DNA from: Felis catus
Taxonomy: Eukaryota
NCBI RefSeq assembly: GCF_018350175.1
Contig: NC_058382.1
Location: forward strand, 52,206,001-52,270,000
Direction: 5' to 3'
Length of the DNA: 64,000 nt
Positions 60,732 to 64,000 of this stretch are shown in pieces; position 1 is the stretch's first letter, and each line of letters begins with the position of its first letter. Below the pieces are notes generated by a model. It searched no databases. It was not told the DNA's origin and saw only the letters and a list, made by a program, of their open reading frames with translations. A program made the position numbers and the translations under genes.

Positions 60732-61879
60732 TAATATACTTTACTATTGAAAACCAGTGGGTACCACGTTTGAGCAGTGGCCCTCCAAGTAATGGTTGTA
60801 GTAGTTATTATATATGTGCCCCAGGCCTTATATATACAGCGTATCTCATCTTTACTCTAATCACACAAGGCCAATGCCTATTTTCAAACAAGGCACTGGA
60901 GCCTGAGAGCATTTCAAGGAGCAGCTCCGAAGTCACTCTGCCAGTGCTGTGGTCACGCCGGGCTGGGGCTCCAGGTCAGCCTGGCTCTGCTGTCTCTGCT
61001 GTCTCTGCTGTGGATGACGTTTCCCCACTTGTCCGTTTAAATACCGCATGATCTCCGTATGGTTCCTTTGGTTTCAGGCGGTATGACATCTGAGTCACAC
61101 TTGGCTGATTTATAGTCATAAAGTGATATGAGAGATCACTCTTGCATAACAACAGCACACAATCCCTTTGGCTCGGCACTCACAGACTCTCGAATCACTC
61201 AGACCCACTGTGCAACTCAAAAAAGGATAGACCAAGGGCACTTGGCCTATTGAGGGTGTCAGTGAACTGTGCCACCAGCAAATGTCCTTGGGTCCCAGGG
61301 AAATGGAGGAAGAGCATGTGGGGTGCTTAATTACTGCGTCTTTCTGGCTGAGCCTGGGGGGTCAGGAGCAGGTGGGCTTCTCAGCTACTTAGAAGTTGCC
61401 TGATGCTTCATGTGTGGATGCCACCTGTGCGGTTCTGTTTTTAAAATGATGGGTACCAGCATCTGTATACATAATTTAAAATAAATTTACATTCTCATTC
61501 TGCCTGAGATGAGAAGATTGTGTACTGGTGCGATTAGAGAGAAGAGTAAGGATTTCGGGAAGGGTTGAGAGAGGCATTTTATACCATTTTAAGACTCAAA
61601 GCTCTCAATATGAAGTTCTTCCTGTTAAGCAGTGCTGGGCGGGTGAATGGGTGGTTGGGTGGATGGATAGATGGATGGATCTATCTATCCAGATGGCTGG
61701 GAAGAAGGGAGGGACCTATGGAAGGCTAGCAGTTCATTTTAGAGTTGGTGGAATTAGGGAGGTTGTTTTTTGTTTGTCCATATCCATCTGTCTTTTCTGA
61801 ATTTTTTCTGTAATTAATGAAAGTAGGACGTGGGAAGTGGGAAGTGAAATAACCCTGGAGAGGGCAAAGTCATTAAATG

Positions 61880-62252
61880 TGTGTTAGTCACTACCGGTTT
61901 TCGTTCCATATTTCCATTTCTTCCATATGTATATTTCTCTGTGTGCTCTTGGGCACATGGAAGGTTGCACCTTCTGAAGCTAAGTGTAGCCCACATGACT
62001 TGCTCTGCCAATAAAATATGAGCAGAAGTGACATCTGTACTGCTGGGTAGAGGTCTCTAAAACCCGTTCCGTGTGCAGTTTGTCCCATTCTCTTTCCCAC
62101 GCTGTAGAAGCAAGTGATGTTGCAGAAGGTGGAGGCCCCATCTGCCTGGGATGGGCATGAAGTATGGGCGAGTGGGAATCCTCGGCTGTTTAAAGACATT
62201 GAGGCTTGGGAGCTGTTCCGTAAGGATAGTGAAGTGCATCCTGATTGATCCG
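61880..62252 (+). mobile_element. MaLR LTR, MLT1I/J-like
   Basis: GGGCACATGG...CACATGACTTGCTCTGCCAATAAAATATGAGCAGAAGTGACAT...TGTTTAAAGACATTGAG. Confidence 0.75.
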
Positions 62253-62469
62253 AAGCCACTTGTGTGAACCATCCTAAGGGACTTGGGCCGTATTTCATTG
62301 GCCATTCTAAGCTACAAAGGGGTTTTAAGCTGGGGCTTTGTATATGTGCATGTTTTGCCAATCCAAAGAGCAGACTGAGGCCAAACAAGGCCTCGGGTTT
62401 TTATGTTCTAGATGGCGTTTGCTAATTTAACACCTCTTAATAAAAAAAAAACAACAACAAAACCCACCG

Positions 62470-62812
62470 GTTCCTTAGTGGTGGTGGAACAGTTCTGTGT
62501 CTTGAATGTGGTGATTGTTACATGAATCTATACAGAGAAGCAAGTGTCATAGAATTATTCACCAAGATATTCCCAATAAAAGAAAGTGAGTGCATCCCCA
62601 AACTGGTGAAATCCTGGTGATGTCTGTGCTGTAATGAACTGTGTCGTGCCACGGTCGGTTTTCCGGTTGTACCCGTGTACTATAGACGTGGCTAAGACGG
62701 CCCCATTGGGGGTGCTGGGAGATGGCTATGTGGGCACTCTTGGTGCTATTTTTGCCGCGTCTTGTCAGTCCGTAGGTATTTCCAAGTCAAAGTTAACAAC
62801 AACAACAACAGA
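62470..62812 (+). mobile_element. L1MD/MC-like 3' end
   Basis: TGGAACAGTTCTGTGTCTTGAATGTGGTGATTGTTACATGAATCTATAC...AACTGGTGAAATC...CCATTGGGGG...TATTTCCAAGTCAAAG. Confidence 0.8.
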
Positions 62813-64000
62813 AAGTTCACGAGTTAAACCAAGAACGTGAATTGTGGTCAGTCCCAGGTTCACGTCCAGACTTGGCAGAAAGCTCGCCTTGGCAGATGGA
62901 GCCTCTTGCCTCACCTAACAATCAGCAGCTTATGCCTCAGAAATGGGTTCTGTTTGCGGTGTCTCAGCCCCTGCCTTCCCCGTTAGAGCATGTCCCCGGA
63001 AAAACATTTCTATAACGTTGCTAGGTTTGTTGGACAATCAGAAGAGGAACCCCCCCACCCCCCACCCCCCACACAAACACATCCACCCTCCCTAATTCTA
63101 CAAGATGTGTTTTCTCTTCCCTGAACTTACAGGATTGCCTGCAGTTTGTCTGCATTTCTCAGGGTCAGTAGCAGAAACCGGAAACCTGATGCCGGGGGCA
63201 GGAGAATTACCTGAGTAATAGTGCGTGGACTTGAATCACTGTCCCCAGGAGCCTAGTAACCCACAGCCTGTGGATTAGTCTGTTGAACTACTCGATGGCT
63301 TGTGACCCCTTGTTCCCTCTGGGTGTGTATGTTCTGATTTTGTTCTTATTGGTAGTGGCAGCTCTGTACTTTATTTTAGAGTGGAGGTTGGTGGGGGGGA
63401 CCAAAAGATAACTCACCAGTTGTAAGTTACACACACAGAAGGGTATACTGGCCCACTCGGCTGAACCATCATTTTTGTTGGGATATTGCTTTAGGGTCAC
63501 CACCTGGGAATGTTTCCCCTGTTGTATGAAGGAAATATTTATATGCATTTTTATGATATGTTGCCTGCACATCCCTTGGGGTGTCCCTAAGGGGCTTGGC
63601 TGAGAGGAACAGTGTCCTTCCTCACCACCCCTTCCCCAACAAAATGAATATCTGACTTTCCTCTTGTGATACATTCAGAGTTGTCTAAGATTCTAAGTGA
63701 ATGTTCTAAATGGTGAGGCTGGAGCCAGAGGGGTTCGGATGAGGTGAAAGGCCACTGTATCTGCTAACTGTTAATGTCAAATTGGGTGGCCCAGCATCTA
63801 TGAAGCATAAGAACCTATGGGGAATAAAAGTTAGCCATTGTCAGGCTTGGTTCTCCCAAGAGATTTTAGTCATCAGACACACCAGCTGTGTAGACAGAAA
63901 GCGAGCGGGGTTTTTCTCCTGGCCAGGAGGCCCAAGCTGTCCACAGGGTACAGCCTCACTCATATGCGCTCATTTGTGCCACTGGCGCTTTCCTTGTCTG

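Noticed and set aside
1..64000. A novel multi-gene or prokaryote-type system, and the identity of the host gene
   Set aside because: The sequence is mammalian non-coding DNA with no coding exons seen; naming a gene would be a guess

Overview
Eukaryotic, non-coding mammalian genomic DNA, almost certainly from a felid (cat family). It carries 24 tRNA-derived Can-SINEs with feline SINEC_Fc-type diagnostic sequence, on a background of ancient eutherian repeats (MIR, L2, L1M 3' fragments, MaLR MLT1 solo LTRs, hAT MITEs MER20/MER58/MER5) and many microsatellites. I find no credible protein-coding exon, RNA gene or CRISPR array. The ORF track consists of short chance ORFs, many over SINEs or simple repeats, plus one frameshifted L1 ORF2 C-terminal remnant (~35350-35711). 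Most SINE and L1 copies lie on the minus strand, which suggests (inference) an intron of a long gene transcribed on the + strand; I cannot name the gene. The most interesting non-repeat signals are: several repeat-free, AT-rich, motif-rich blocks resembling conserved developmental enhancers; a small CpG-dense island; a CAGATG E-box cluster inside nested inverted repeats; and a few strong isolated splice-site configurations (candidate cryptic exon, microexons, recursive sites). I see no evidence of a new multi-gene system. Repeat subfamily names come from recalled consensus similarity, not a RepeatMasker run, and old-repeat boundaries are approximate.
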